This document shows positions 13,201-22,121 of a stretch of DNA of 64,000 nucleotides, in pieces. Source of the stretch: Planctomycetota bacterium (lineage in GTDB: Bacteria > Planctomycetota > B15-G4); contig JBBQUR010000005.1 of the NCBI GenBank assembly GCA_038212275.1, forward strand, positions 32,001 through 96,000, read 5' to 3'. The notes under the pieces were generated by a model. The model was not told the origin of the DNA and did not search any database. It saw nothing but the letters and a program-made list of their open reading frames with translations. Each line of letters starts with the position of its first letter. Positions within the stretch are counted from its first letter, which is position 1. Both the position numbers and the translations under genes were made by a program.

Positions 13201-13398
13201 GGTCTCGCTGAGCTTCTCGACGAGCGGGATCGGCGGCGCCTTCGGCGTGACCGGCATCTTGCGCGCCGCGGGCGCCACGGGAGCCTGCAACGACGACGGC
13301 TGCCCGGCACTGGCCATCTGCTGAGCGACGCTGGTCGCGGCAAGCGCGCCGAGGAGCGCGCCCGCGGTGAACAACGAAAAGAGCCTCACTGTGAACAC
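10273..13398 (-). CDS. sensor histidine kinase (HisKA_3) with extracytoplasmic beta-propeller domains; apparent compensated frameshift near 13045-13135
   Basis: Signal peptide, repeated xxDxxGxLWxG propeller blades, one TM, SRELHDNLGQ H-box, QEALTNVAKHA, DDGRGF, GLLSMRER. Start uncertain. Confidence 0.88.
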   Translation of the reverse strand: MFTVRLFSLFTAGALLGALAATSVAQQMASAGQPSSLQAPVAPAARKMPVTPKAPPIPLVEKLSETWRWRTIEGPGGTARFSEVRPWKRGASSPWTTAGCSRTTDTPGSASPAGGDCRCQAMHDVVPQPDGLIAIFDSAILSISGAGTVTTLVEAENPYQITKPCHMPDGSLLVGIGDRIVRIDESGMHEAFPAPARPQHLGGVFLGPDGAPWAYTDRTLSRRAGDVWEQVAPAPELPRNLPRFKGAVTLDKQVCLLPLVLEASSGGYRWDGERMSLLKGIDPPGLVLAVTTTPDEQVIVAMRGPQLRVLDHGVWSEARLPDDHQGFVRSMCLTPDDRLAVVFASGDLAVCDLRSSCWEQHDPRDVGAGAFVNALHPASAGGVWAGTSVGVARWDGTRFADVHVELPALGMRLDHVTAVCEDSRRRLWVGSGAGFRGAACLDDGHWTLHAEEEGGVGNHFVHAIRLDGDDVWFLLLGDMSGDWMTGGMVRLRGDTFTQFMTDSKGQPMPRCYDLLRLSDGRLLAGTLGGLMQMDDDGWTRVKNGPPIAPERGVFALHETADGSLLVGLGLELPGAYRLHDGTWHPITSESGRIAPAASFCETEGGVVWFASALGLFQLDGDTCHDVSSLLPARTIWPLLPDGEHGLWLGMLGGGLARFCPEDTLPPRTLAPSLEFGDDGEVVASWYGVDAWDATPADQLRFSVEVDDKVIATSAPESWSTRNSRRVPLGKLSPGPHSLTITAMDSLGAIEPEPVRHRIPSVSERSPLLASAWAVFGAGLVLLLAIGWALMSWMKGRHERQLAQAEQAELNARLTALTRRLLSTQEDERQRLSRELHDNLGQICTALCIDIQRAARQPDAGRRGETLEHAHGVAREMLDRVRRMSSELRPLLLDDHGLQNAVSVALTEFTAVNGVDVQANLQFAGPEAPREVAGHIYRILQEALTNVAKHAEAQTVDVSLTTSEQEIALSVTDDGRGFVPEALALQSRCGLLSMRERAELAGGTFDLQSSPHGGTSIRVSIPLKRFGAEGRHAAQSGNDRHG

Positions 13399-13528
13399 AG
13401 TGCCTTCCCGGCGGCAGCAACTCTTCGGAACGACGCAACTCATCCGGTTTCGGGTCGCGGATGGAAGGGAGTGTCAGCCACCCCGATGTTAGCAGACCTC
13501 CCGGCGCGCTTGCGCGCCGGATCGATCC

Positions 13529-15892
13529 TCAGGAGGGGACCAGCAGGCCCGCCTCCAGCGCCGTGGCGAGGCACTGCGCCGCCACGGCACGATGCTCGGC
13601 GCCGAAGACCTCCAGCGCGGACGAGGTGTCGCCGGCGAGCGCCGCATCCAAGAGCGGCGCGACATCCGAACCCAGATCCAGGAAGCGGTGCTCCTTCCCG
13701 AGGAAGGCGAGCAGGCTCGGCGCCGCCTGGACGGACGTCGCGCCGGGCGCCGCGTGGGAATCGCTGCGCGCCACGCCCCCGAGCGGCGTCGGATCGCTCC
13801 ACGCGCGATCGAGCCGGGCGCGCACCGCGCCGTAGGGAAAGGGCACGCGCGCCAGGTGGGCGTCCGCGCGAAGGGCCAGGCGCGCCGGCAGTCCGGCCGC
13901 GTCGGTGGAGCCTGCAGCGGAGGTGGCGGCTGCGGTCGAGCCGGCGCGAGCTGTCGTCCGCGAGGCCGGTGCCGTGGCCGGTTCGCTCCGGAACACATCG
14001 CGACCGAAGCGGCACAGGTACAGGAAGATGTGGCTCTTGTAGCGGTAGTAGAGGAAGTTCTCGCCGCGCAGTGCGGGCAGGGCCGCCGTCGCGGCGCCGA
14101 GCACGTCGTGGAAGGCCAGCCGCACCTGCTCCGGCGACATGCCCGAGGCCGAGACGTGGCCGAGGTAGCGCGCGAGATCCTCGCGCGGCTTCTGGCCGGC
14201 GCGGGGCGCGCCCGGGAGAAAGTCGCGCGGGTCGTCGATGACACGCGCGATGCCGAAGCGGCCGGGCTCCCGGTACATCGGCGACACCATGTCCAGGTTG
14301 AAGATCTGCAGGCTGATCTCGCCGATCCAGTCCGCGTTGCGCTCGATGAAGCGGCGCGTGCTGTCGGCCTCCTCGGTCGTTTCCGTGGGCAAGCCGACCA
14401 TGGTGTAGAGCGTGGCCGAGATGCCGGCCTCGTGCGTGGCGCGGATGACGCGCTCCGCTTCGTCGAGGCGCGTGCCCTTCTCCACGAGATCCAGCACGCG
14501 CTGGCTGCCGCTCTCGAATCCGAACATGAGCTTGCGGCAGCCGGCCGCATGCAGGCGCGCGAGCGACTCCCGGTTGAAGATCCGCTCCTCCATGCGCGCG
14601 TCGCACCACCAGAAGACGTCGAGTTTCGCCGCGGCGAAGGCGTCGGGGATGCGCTTCGCCAGCAGCGGCGGCATGTCGTCCATGATGAAGTAGAAGTAGG
14701 GCGTGCCATGGCGCGCCACGAGCGTCTGCAGGTCGGACACGAGGCGCTCCACGCTGCGCTCGCGGTAGGTCGGTCCGATGGCCGTGTAGAGCGTGCAGAA
14801 GCCGCACTTCTCGTAGTAGCAGCCGCGCGTCGGCGCGACGGGCAGCACCAGCTCGCCGGAGAAGTAGTCGTGCAGCGGCAGGTCCGTGAAGTCGGGGCAC
14901 GGCAGTTCGTCGATGGGCAGCGGCAGCAGCTCGCCGTTCGTGCGCACGGTGCCGGCCGCGTCGCGCCACACGAGATTGCTCACGCCCGAGAGGTCCGGCG
15001 CGGGGTGCGCGGCGTCGGCGCCGCCGCGGGGTCGTGCCGCGTGCGACTCGCGGGCGCGGGCCGCACCGCCGGCCGCTGCGACGGCGCGGCACAGTTCGAG
15101 CAGCGGGCGCTCGCCTTCGTAGACGATGAGGCTGTCCACGCGGTCGAAGAAGGGCGCCGTCGCCGCGAGGCGGTTGCCGACGTAGGCAAGCATGCCGCCG
15201 CCCAGGGTGATGTGGATCGCGGGCCAGCGCGCCTTCACGAGGCTTGCGAGCGTGAGCGCCGGCACCATCTGGCTGCCGTAGGTCACGCTGATGCCGAGCA
15301 CGTCGGGCTGCATCGCCTCGATGCGCGGCAGCGCGTGCTGCTCGTAGAACTCGCGGAACATGTTGCCGTGCTCCGCGTCCACGCCGGCAAAGAGCTCGGC
15401 CGCACTGTCGATCGACGTGGCCTGCGTGTAGTTGTGTCCGGTGAAGAGCGAGGGTTCGTACTCGGTGGAGATGAGCTTGAGCCCCGCCTCGAAGGTGCGC
15501 ATGGCCCACAGATACTGCTGCCGGTCGAAGAAGCGCGTGCGGTCGCGGATCACGGCCTTGGCCTCGTCCATGTGCGTGGAGAGGTACGGGCCCGCGGCGA
15601 GGGCGTCCGCGTAGAGGCGATAGCGGTCGAAGTCCTGCGGCGGCAGCTCGTCGACGCGGCCGGCTTCCCACGCGGCGGCGCGGCCGCGGATGCGCTCGAG
15701 CGCGAGCGCGAGGCGGGCATCGCTGACCAGCGTGTCGTACGCGTCGAGATTGAGATCCCACACCGTGGCGCCCGGAAAGCCGTGCTGCGCGAGCCATGCC
15801 TTCAGCGAGGGCAGGGCGAGATAGGGCTGGGTTGGATGGCCCTGCGGCGGGAAGACGAGCAGCACGCGGAGGTCTGCGGGAGCAAGTGTCAT
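13529..15892 (-). CDS. cobalamin-binding radical SAM enzyme (Cx4Cx2C) with C-terminal winged-helix/RRE-like tail
   Basis: LLVFPP...PYLALPSLKAWL B12-domain start, PDVLGIS, ITLGG, EGE, RGCYYEKCGFC, GFESGSQRVL, MVGLPTET. ATGA-coupled to the upstream gene. Confidence 0.9.
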   Translation of the reverse strand: MTLAPADLRVLLVFPPQGHPTQPYLALPSLKAWLAQHGFPGATVWDLNLDAYDTLVSDARLALALERIRGRAAAWEAGRVDELPPQDFDRYRLYADALAAGPYLSTHMDEAKAVIRDRTRFFDRQQYLWAMRTFEAGLKLISTEYEPSLFTGHNYTQATSIDSAAELFAGVDAEHGNMFREFYEQHALPRIEAMQPDVLGISVTYGSQMVPALTLASLVKARWPAIHITLGGGMLAYVGNRLAATAPFFDRVDSLIVYEGERPLLELCRAVAAAGGAARARESHAARPRGGADAAHPAPDLSGVSNLVWRDAAGTVRTNGELLPLPIDELPCPDFTDLPLHDYFSGELVLPVAPTRGCYYEKCGFCTLYTAIGPTYRERSVERLVSDLQTLVARHGTPYFYFIMDDMPPLLAKRIPDAFAAAKLDVFWWCDARMEERIFNRESLARLHAAGCRKLMFGFESGSQRVLDLVEKGTRLDEAERVIRATHEAGISATLYTMVGLPTETTEEADSTRRFIERNADWIGEISLQIFNLDMVSPMYREPGRFGIARVIDDPRDFLPGAPRAGQKPREDLARYLGHVSASGMSPEQVRLAFHDVLGAATAALPALRGENFLYYRYKSHIFLYLCRFGRDVFRSEPATAPASRTTARAGSTAAATSAAGSTDAAGLPARLALRADAHLARVPFPYGAVRARLDRAWSDPTPLGGVARSDSHAAPGATSVQAAPSLLAFLGKEHRFLDLGSDVAPLLDAALAGDTSSALEVFGAEHRAVAAQCLATALEAGLLVPS

Positions 15893-18030
15893 CGGGTCTG
15901 GTCCGGGAGGGTGCGGCAATCGGTCGCGTGTTGTCCGGCCGTGACGGAAGCGAGCGCGCGTGAGGCGGCTTCCCGATGCCGGAACAGGGGCGTGGCGAGG
16001 GCATCGCGCGCCAGTTCGGGCCAGCGCTGCGCAAGCGCTTCGTCGGGGAGGCCCGCGCACACGTCGGCCACAAAGGGCGCCAGGACGAAGGTCGACACGC
16101 GGTCCCCGCGGCGCACGCACAGCGTGTCCACGGGCCCCGAGGCGACCTGCGGCGGCCAGGCCTGCGCCTCGAGGGCCGCCACGAGCGCGCGCGGATCGTG
16201 CGCGAATCGGTCGAGGCGCGGTTCCAGGGTGCCATGCAGCGCCTCCTCGTAACGCGCCAGCGTCGAGACGAACGCGGAGCCGGCACGACGCGCGAATGCG
16301 CCGGTCGCGCAGACCGCCGCGCGGCGCGTGAGCACGGCCGGCTCCTCGCGCTCCGCATCGGGCACGCCGAGCGGCGGCTCGGCGAGTGCGGGAAGGAGTG
16401 CGTCGAGCAGCAGCTCCGCGAGGGGGCGTCCGGTTTCTAAGGCGAGCGCAAGCAGCGTGCGCGGCAGCACCTCCAGCACCAGGTGCGCATGGCGCGTCAG
16501 CACGAAAAGCTCGCGCGGCGTGGCGTAGGCCGGAGCGAAGACGCGGAAGCCCGCAAAGATCTCGCCGTCATCCGCGATGAGCCGGAGCTGCACGGGATTC
16601 ACGTATCCGGCCGGCAGGTCATGCCCGCGCACGAGGTCCGCGAAGAGGCCGGGTCGCAGCGCCAGCGCCCTGTCGCCTGCCTCGCCTGCCTCGCGTGTCC
16701 CGCGTGTCCCGCGTGGCTCGGCTGGCTCGGCTGGCTCGCGCGGCTCGGCTGGCTCGCGCGGCTCGGCTGGAGTCGCATGGGGCGGTCCCAGCGACTCGGC
16801 CTGGCCGTTCCCGGGCGTGACGTTGAACCAGTGCAGCGACAGCGAGACGCCGCGGATCGTCGCGCACTGCGCCATGAGGCGCAGGTTGCGGTCGAGATCG
16901 TCCGCGGTCTCGCCGGGCACGCCGGCCATCGTGCCGAGGATGGCCGCGATGCCCGAGGCCTCGACGGTGGCCAGCGCCGCCCGCACGTCGAGGGCCGCCG
17001 CGCGACCGCCCTTGTTCACGCGCGCCAGGACGGCGGGGCTGATGCTCTCGACGCCGAAGAGGATGCGCGTGCAGCCGGCGGCGGCCATGCCGTCCAGCAG
17101 CTCCGCATCGACGAGGTCGAGGCGCGTGCGGCACTCCCACGGCAGCCCGATGCCACGGCGCGTTTTCTCGGCGCAGATCGCCAGTACCGAGGCGCGGTCG
17201 AAGGTGAACAGGTCGTGCGTGACGTAGGCGCTGCCGACGCCGAGCGCCGCGAGCCGCGCGAACTCGTCCGCCGCGCGGGCCGGCGAGAGGTGCCGCGCCG
17301 TGCGCTGCCAGAAGACCGGCGTGCTGCAGAAGCTGCACGCGAAAGTGCAGCCGCGACCGAGGTCGATGGGGAACATCGCTTCCGCCTGGCCCGCTGCGGC
17401 GGCATAGGCCGACGGCGCCTCGCACAGGTCCCACGCGGGGGGCGGCACGAGGTCGAGCGGCACGAGCTGCGAGCGCGGCGCGGTGCGCAGCGGCCGGCCG
17501 TCCACGCGCACGACGAGCCCCGGCACGTCGCGCACCTCCCGCAGGCCGGGTCCGTCGGGTCCGTCGGCTGACCGCGTGGCAGGGCCGCAGGTCGCGTCGA
17601 GCCACTCGGCCAGCGTCCGGTCGGCCTCGCCGACGGCCACGGCGTCCACGGCCGCGTGCCGTTCGAGGACGCGCTCCTCGACCTGCTCGGGACCCTGTCC
17701 GCCGAGAATGATCGGCACGCGGGGCAGTTGCCGTCGCAGCGCAGCCGCCAGTTCCAGCGCCATGGGCATGGACGAGAGCATCGCGCCGAGGCCGATCGCG
17801 TCGGGCCGCTCCTGCGCGACGCGCCCGGCGCAGCGCTCGGCCAGCCGATCGGCGTCGGCGGGCGTTGCGGCAGGCAGCTCGCCGCGGCGCACCAGGAGCG
17901 CGAAGTCGAGAAAGCGCACCTCGTGCCCGGCCTCGCGAGCGCCCGCCGCCGCGTGCAGCAGCCCGACCGGCGGCATCGAGTAGCCGAAGGTGTCGCGGTG
18001 GGGCGGTTGCAGCAGGACGACGCGGGCCAT
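15889..18030 (-). CDS. cobalamin-binding radical SAM enzyme (Cx3Cx2C)
   Basis: VVLLQPP...PPVGLL, PDAIGL, IILGG, GEAD, RGCTFACSFC, FGVES, AGVPGET. Confidence 0.9.
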   Translation of the reverse strand: MARVVLLQPPHRDTFGYSMPPVGLLHAAAGAREAGHEVRFLDFALLVRRGELPAATPADADRLAERCAGRVAQERPDAIGLGAMLSSMPMALELAAALRRQLPRVPIILGGQGPEQVEERVLERHAAVDAVAVGEADRTLAEWLDATCGPATRSADGPDGPGLREVRDVPGLVVRVDGRPLRTAPRSQLVPLDLVPPPAWDLCEAPSAYAAAAGQAEAMFPIDLGRGCTFACSFCSTPVFWQRTARHLSPARAADEFARLAALGVGSAYVTHDLFTFDRASVLAICAEKTRRGIGLPWECRTRLDLVDAELLDGMAAAGCTRILFGVESISPAVLARVNKGGRAAALDVRAALATVEASGIAAILGTMAGVPGETADDLDRNLRLMAQCATIRGVSLSLHWFNVTPGNGQAESLGPPHATPAEPREPAEPREPAEPAEPRGTRGTREAGEAGDRALALRPGLFADLVRGHDLPAGYVNPVQLRLIADDGEIFAGFRVFAPAYATPRELFVLTRHAHLVLEVLPRTLLALALETGRPLAELLLDALLPALAEPPLGVPDAEREEPAVLTRRAAVCATGAFARRAGSAFVSTLARYEEALHGTLEPRLDRFAHDPRALVAALEAQAWPPQVASGPVDTLCVRRGDRVSTFVLAPFVADVCAGLPDEALAQRWPELARDALATPLFRHREAASRALASVTAGQHATDCRTLPDQTR

Positions 18031-18136
18031 CGGGGCCGAACCTACCACGCCCGACCGGTGCGCCCGGGCAGGCAGAGGACGGGAATCGAGCGCGGAGAGT
18101 CGGCGCGCCGGCGCGGCGAAGGCGGCCGTGCGGGGC

Positions 18137-18165
18137 TTGCCCGGCGCCGGGCCGCTCCCTATCAT
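18137..18165 (+). promoter_or_regulatory. sigma70-type promoter for tRNA-Asp
   Basis: TTGCCC (18137-18142), 17-nt spacer, TATCAT (18160-18165), about 50 nt upstream of the tRNA. Confidence 0.65.
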
Positions 18166-18214
18166 CCGCCGCTCCAACGACGGAGGCGGCCCCACGGGGT
18201 CGCGCACTGTCGGC

Positions 18215-18291
18215 GGGGGTGTAGCTCAGTTGGTTAGAGCGCTAGCCTGTCACGCTAGAAGTCGAGGGTTCGAGTCCCTTCACCCTCGCCA
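18215..18291 (+). tRNA. tRNA-Asp (GTC)
   Basis: GGGGGTG/CACCCTC acceptor stem, TAGCTCAGTTGGTTAGAGC D-arm, CTAGC-CTGTCAC-GCTAG anticodon arm, GGTTCGAGTCC T-arm, encoded CCA. Confidence 0.97.
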
Positions 18292-18446
18292 TTCTCGTGC
18301 CCTGCGGTGACGTCCCATCCCGCCGCGCGCCGAGACCGGCGATCGGCGCCTTGAGATCCGCGACGCCCGCTCCGCCCGCGACGCCCGCTCCGGCCGCGCC
18401 GCCCGATCCGGCTGGCCGCCGGAGTCCGGGGCGACGAGCCGAGCGC

Positions 18447-18833
18447 TCAGAGTTCGAGTCCCAGCACGATCGGGCGATAGCCGTGATCGGAGAGCAGGTC
18501 GTCCTTGAACTCGAGCCTCAGTGCGCGGGCCGGGATGATGATGCCGTAGCGCTCCGGCAGGTAGATCCAGGTGTTGCCCGCATCGTTCATCTCGGCGGGA
18601 GAGCCCAGCATCAGCAGGACTTCCATTTTGGTCATGCCGTCCCGCAACTGGTCGGCGGCCTTCTCCACCCTCGAGAACTCGTAGCGCTGGTTGCCGCGCG
18701 GGATGAGCTGGCCCGTCGCGGTGTCCTCGGTGACGCAGGCGGTCAGGCTGCAGGCGGCGGCCAGCACGGTGCAGAGAACTACCGCGGGCGAACGGCGGCG
18801 TGAGGCGGTGCTGCGGGCAGGACGCTGAGGCAT
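18447..18833 (-). CDS. SmpA/BamE-like small lipoprotein
   Basis: Lipobox-like LTAC; LRDGMTKMEVLLMLGSP...WIY pattern typical of the BamE/SmpA fold. Confidence 0.7.
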   Translation of the reverse strand: MPQRPARSTASRRRSPAVVLCTVLAAACSLTACVTEDTATGQLIPRGNQRYEFSRVEKAADQLRDGMTKMEVLLMLGSPAEMNDAGNTWIYLPERYGIIIPARALRLEFKDDLLSDHGYRPIVLGLEL

Positions 18834-18953
18834 GTCGGTCGGCACGGGATCTCTCCGGGGTTGCGCGAGGGGCTGCAATCCTAGCGACTGATCGGCGGCT
18901 TTGATCGCCGCTTTGCCTTGGCGCCGGCGCGGCTGCTCGCGGACAATCGACGC

Positions 18954-20900
18954 ATGACGAAGCCTGCCGCCCGTGACGCTGATGTGCCCGAACCCGCCGC
19001 CTCCGCAGGCTTTGCGGGGCTTGGTCTGGCCGAGACTCTCATGAAGGTCGTCACGGCCCTCGGCTACGAGGAACCGACCGCGGTGCAGCGGCAGACCATT
19101 CCCGCCATGCTCGAGGGCGGCGACCTGCTCGTGCAGGCGGCGACGGGAACGGGCAAGACCGCGGCCTTCGCGCTGCCGATCATCCAGCGCCTGTCGCAAG
19201 GCGTGGAGGATGCGGCGCCGGCGCCGGAAGGCGATGCACCGCGCGTCGTCGTGTCGCGCGCCGTCGCCCGCTCCAAGGGAAAGCACGCCACGCGCGCGCT
19301 GGTGCTCGTCCCGACGCGCGAACTGGCCATCCAGGTGGCCGAGGCCGTGCACCGCTATGCGCGCGGCACGGGGCTCGCGGTGGTGCCGGTCTACGGCGGC
19401 GCGTCGATGCCGCTGCAGATGCGCGCGCTGCACCGCGGTGCAGACATCGTCGTGGCGACGCCCGGCCGGGCGCTGGACCACCTTCGTCGCGCAACGCTCT
19501 CGCTGGAAAGCCTGCTCGTGCTGGTGCTGGACGAGGCCGACGAGATGCTCGACATGGGTTTCGCCGAAGAGCTGGACGAGATCCTGCAGGCCACGCCGAA
19601 GGAGCGCCAGACGACGCTCTTCTCCGCGACGATGCCGGCGCGCATCGAGTCGATCGCCCGCAAGCACCTGCGCGACGCGCGACACGTCACCGTGGCCGGC
19701 GAGAAAACCGCCGCGGGCAAGCTGCCGCGCGTGCGCCAGATCGCCTACGTCGTGCGCCGCGACCAGAAGGCCGACGTACTCGGGCGCGTCCTCGACCTGG
19801 AGTGCCCTGAGTCCGCCATCGTCTTCTGCCGCACGCGCATCGAGGTGGACATGCTCGTGGAGAGCCTCAATTCGCGCGGGTTCCGCGCCGAGGCGCTGCA
19901 CGGAGGCTTCCAGCAGCGGCAGCGCGACGCGGTCATGGCCCGCTTTCGCGCAGCCAAGGCCGACCTGCTCATCGCGACCGACGTGGCCGCGCGCGGCCTC
20001 GACATCAAGCAGCTCTCGCACGTCGTGAACTTCGACCTGCCGGCCTCGGCGGACGCCTACGTGCATCGCATCGGCCGCACCGGGCGCGCCGGGCGCGAGG
20101 GCACGGCGATCACGCTCGTGGAGCCGCGCGAGGCGCGCCACCTGCGCAGCATCGAGCTGCTCACGCGACAGAAGATCGAGGTCGCGCCGATTCCCAGCGT
20201 GGCCGACCTGCGCGCCCGGCGCCTGGCCGCGACGCGCGAGGCGCTGCGCGAGCGCCTCGTCGCCGGCAAGCTGGACGAGGTGCGCGTGGTGGTGGAGTCG
20301 CTCGCGGAGGAGTTCGACCTGCTGGACGTCGCGGCGGCGGCGGTGCAGCTCGCGCACGCCGCGACGGCGGGGGACCGCGAAGACGAGGAGAAGGAGCTGG
20401 AGGCGCCCTTCGTGCCGGGAGCCGGTCGCGCCGCGGGCCGCGAGGGCGGAGCCATGGGCGGCCACGCCGGCGGCCATGCCGCGAAGCGCGGCCCGGAACG
20501 CGCGGACGGCCAGGCGCGCTCCGACGCGGTCGCGCCCCGCAGCCCGCACGTGCGCGTGGCGCCCGGTCGGCGCGAGCATGCCGACGACGAAGACCGCGGC
20601 GCGCCGCACGGCGGCCAGAGCAAGCGCCCGCTGCGCGGCGCGTCCACCGGCGAGTTCGGTCCGACCTGCAATCTGAAGATCACCGCGGGCCGCCTCGACG
20701 GCATCCGTCCCGCGGACCTCGTGGGCGCGATCGCCGGCGAGACCGGTGTGCCGCCGCGCGAAGTGGGCGCGATCAAGATCGCGGACCGCTTCTCGCTGGT
20801 CGAAGTGCCCGAAGCGCGCGCCGACGAGATCATCGCCGCGCTCAAGAAGACCAAGCTGCGCGGCAAGCCCGTGAAGGTCAGGCGCGGGCGCGACGGGTAG
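18954..20900 (+). CDS. deaD: DEAD-box RNA helicase, DeaD/CsdA-type with C-terminal DbpA RNA-binding domain
   Basis: Q motif, ATGTGKT, PTRELA, TPGR, DEAD, SAT, ARGLD, HRIGRTGRAG; C-terminal GRLDGIRPADLVGAI. Confidence 0.9.
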   Translation: MTKPAARDADVPEPAASAGFAGLGLAETLMKVVTALGYEEPTAVQRQTIPAMLEGGDLLVQAATGTGKTAAFALPIIQRLSQGVEDAAPAPEGDAPRVVVSRAVARSKGKHATRALVLVPTRELAIQVAEAVHRYARGTGLAVVPVYGGASMPLQMRALHRGADIVVATPGRALDHLRRATLSLESLLVLVLDEADEMLDMGFAEELDEILQATPKERQTTLFSATMPARIESIARKHLRDARHVTVAGEKTAAGKLPRVRQIAYVVRRDQKADVLGRVLDLECPESAIVFCRTRIEVDMLVESLNSRGFRAEALHGGFQQRQRDAVMARFRAAKADLLIATDVAARGLDIKQLSHVVNFDLPASADAYVHRIGRTGRAGREGTAITLVEPREARHLRSIELLTRQKIEVAPIPSVADLRARRLAATREALRERLVAGKLDEVRVVVESLAEEFDLLDVAAAAVQLAHAATAGDREDEEKELEAPFVPGAGRAAGREGGAMGGHAGGHAAKRGPERADGQARSDAVAPRSPHVRVAPGRREHADDEDRGAPHGGQSKRPLRGASTGEFGPTCNLKITAGRLDGIRPADLVGAIAGETGVPPREVGAIKIADRFSLVEVPEARADEIIAALKKTKLRGKPVKVRRGRDG

Positions 20901-20930
20901 GGCGCGCGGCAGACTTTCGCCACGGGCTGC

Positions 20931-22121
20931 TAGTGCTCTGCCTCACGAGTTAACAGCGAAAGTATTCGGCTCTCCGACGGTCGCGCGGCAGTACCGCTCG
21001 AGGTTGGCGAGGATCTCGTCTGCAGTCTTGGTCCAGACGAAGGGTCGAGGGTCGCCGTTGTGAGCTTGCAGGAATGCGCGGAGGTCGCGTTCGAGCGCAA
21101 AGGTGCTGCGATGCACGCCGCGCTTGAGGACGCGGCGCGCAACCAGCGAGAAGAAGCTCTCGACGAGGTTGATCCACGAAGAACTCGTGGGCGTAAAGTG
21201 CACGTGGAAGCGTGGGTGGCGCAGCAGCCAGCGCTTCACCTGGGGTGTCTTGTGCGTGCCGTAGTTGTCCAGCACGAGGTGTACGTCGAGTCCCGGCGGC
21301 ACCGACTCTTCGACGAGTTCGAGGAAGGCCGTGAACTCCTTGCTGTGATGCTTGCGGAAGCACTTGTCGATGTCGAGACCCGTGGCCACGTCCAGCGCCG
21401 CGAACAGCGACGTGGTGCCGTAGCGCAGGTAGCTCCGCGTGCGGCGCTCGGGATGCGCAAATATCAGCGGCAGCACGGGCTGGGCGCGATCGAGCGCCTG
21501 GATCTGCGACTTCTCGTCCACGCACAGCACCAGGCCTCTGTCGGGCGGGTCGAGATACAGCCCCACGATGTCGCGCACCTTGGCCACGAACTGCGGGTCC
21601 TTCGAGAGCGAGAAGGACTCGGTGCGGTGCGGCTGCAGCCCGAATGCGTGCCAGATGCGTCCGACGCTCGCGGGCGACAGCTTGAGCTCCTTCGCCAGTA
21701 GGCGCGTGCTCCAGTGCGTCGCCATCGCCGGTGTGCGCGTCAGCGTCGCATGAACCACCTGCTCCACGCGCTCATCCGAGATCGTGCGCGGGCCACCAAC
21801 GCGTGGCTCGTCGAACAGTCCGTCGATGCGCCGCTCGATAAAACGGCGGCGCCATTTCCCCACGGTTTGCTGCGACACACCCAGCTCGGCAGCCACATCA
21901 CCGCTGTGATCCACGCGCTCGCACCGCAGCACGATGCGGGCACGCTGCGCCAAGGCTTGCGGCGTCGAGTGACGACGCAGCATGCGCTGCAGCTCGTCAC
22001 GCTCGGCGTCCGAGAGAATCAACGCGGCTTTCGGTCGTCCCATGATCGCCATGATCACCTCCGTGCGCGGAGGTACGAAGCTGGCCAGCTTTATGATGGG
22101 AACTCGTGAGGCAGAGCACTA
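20931..22121. mobile_element. IS630-family insertion sequence (complete), TA duplication within a CTAG target
   Basis: Perfect 22-bp inverted match ctagtgctctgcctcacgagtt (20930-20951) / aactcgtgaggcagagcactag (22101-22122), including the CTAG target, around the transposase gene. Confidence 0.95.
20943..22052 (-). CDS. IS630-family transposase
   Basis: RARIVL...WRRRF HTH, THWSTR, CVDEKSQIQAL, VLDNYGTHK, SSWINLVE DDE triad. Confidence 0.95.
   Translation of the reverse strand: MAIMGRPKAALILSDAERDELQRMLRRHSTPQALAQRARIVLRCERVDHSGDVAAELGVSQQTVGKWRRRFIERRIDGLFDEPRVGGPRTISDERVEQVVHATLTRTPAMATHWSTRLLAKELKLSPASVGRIWHAFGLQPHRTESFSLSKDPQFVAKVRDIVGLYLDPPDRGLVLCVDEKSQIQALDRAQPVLPLIFAHPERRTRSYLRYGTTSLFAALDVATGLDIDKCFRKHHSKEFTAFLELVEESVPPGLDVHLVLDNYGTHKTPQVKRWLLRHPRFHVHFTPTSSSWINLVESFFSLVARRVLKRGVHRSTFALERDLRAFLQAHNGDPRPFVWTKTADEILANLERYCRATVGEPNTFAVNS

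Noticed and set aside
13529..18291. Radical SAM pair as MiaB/RimO-type modifiers because they sit beside a tRNA gene
   Set aside because: They have B12-binding N-termini and lack UPF0004 and TRAM domains. The tRNA is divergently transcribed from its own promoter.
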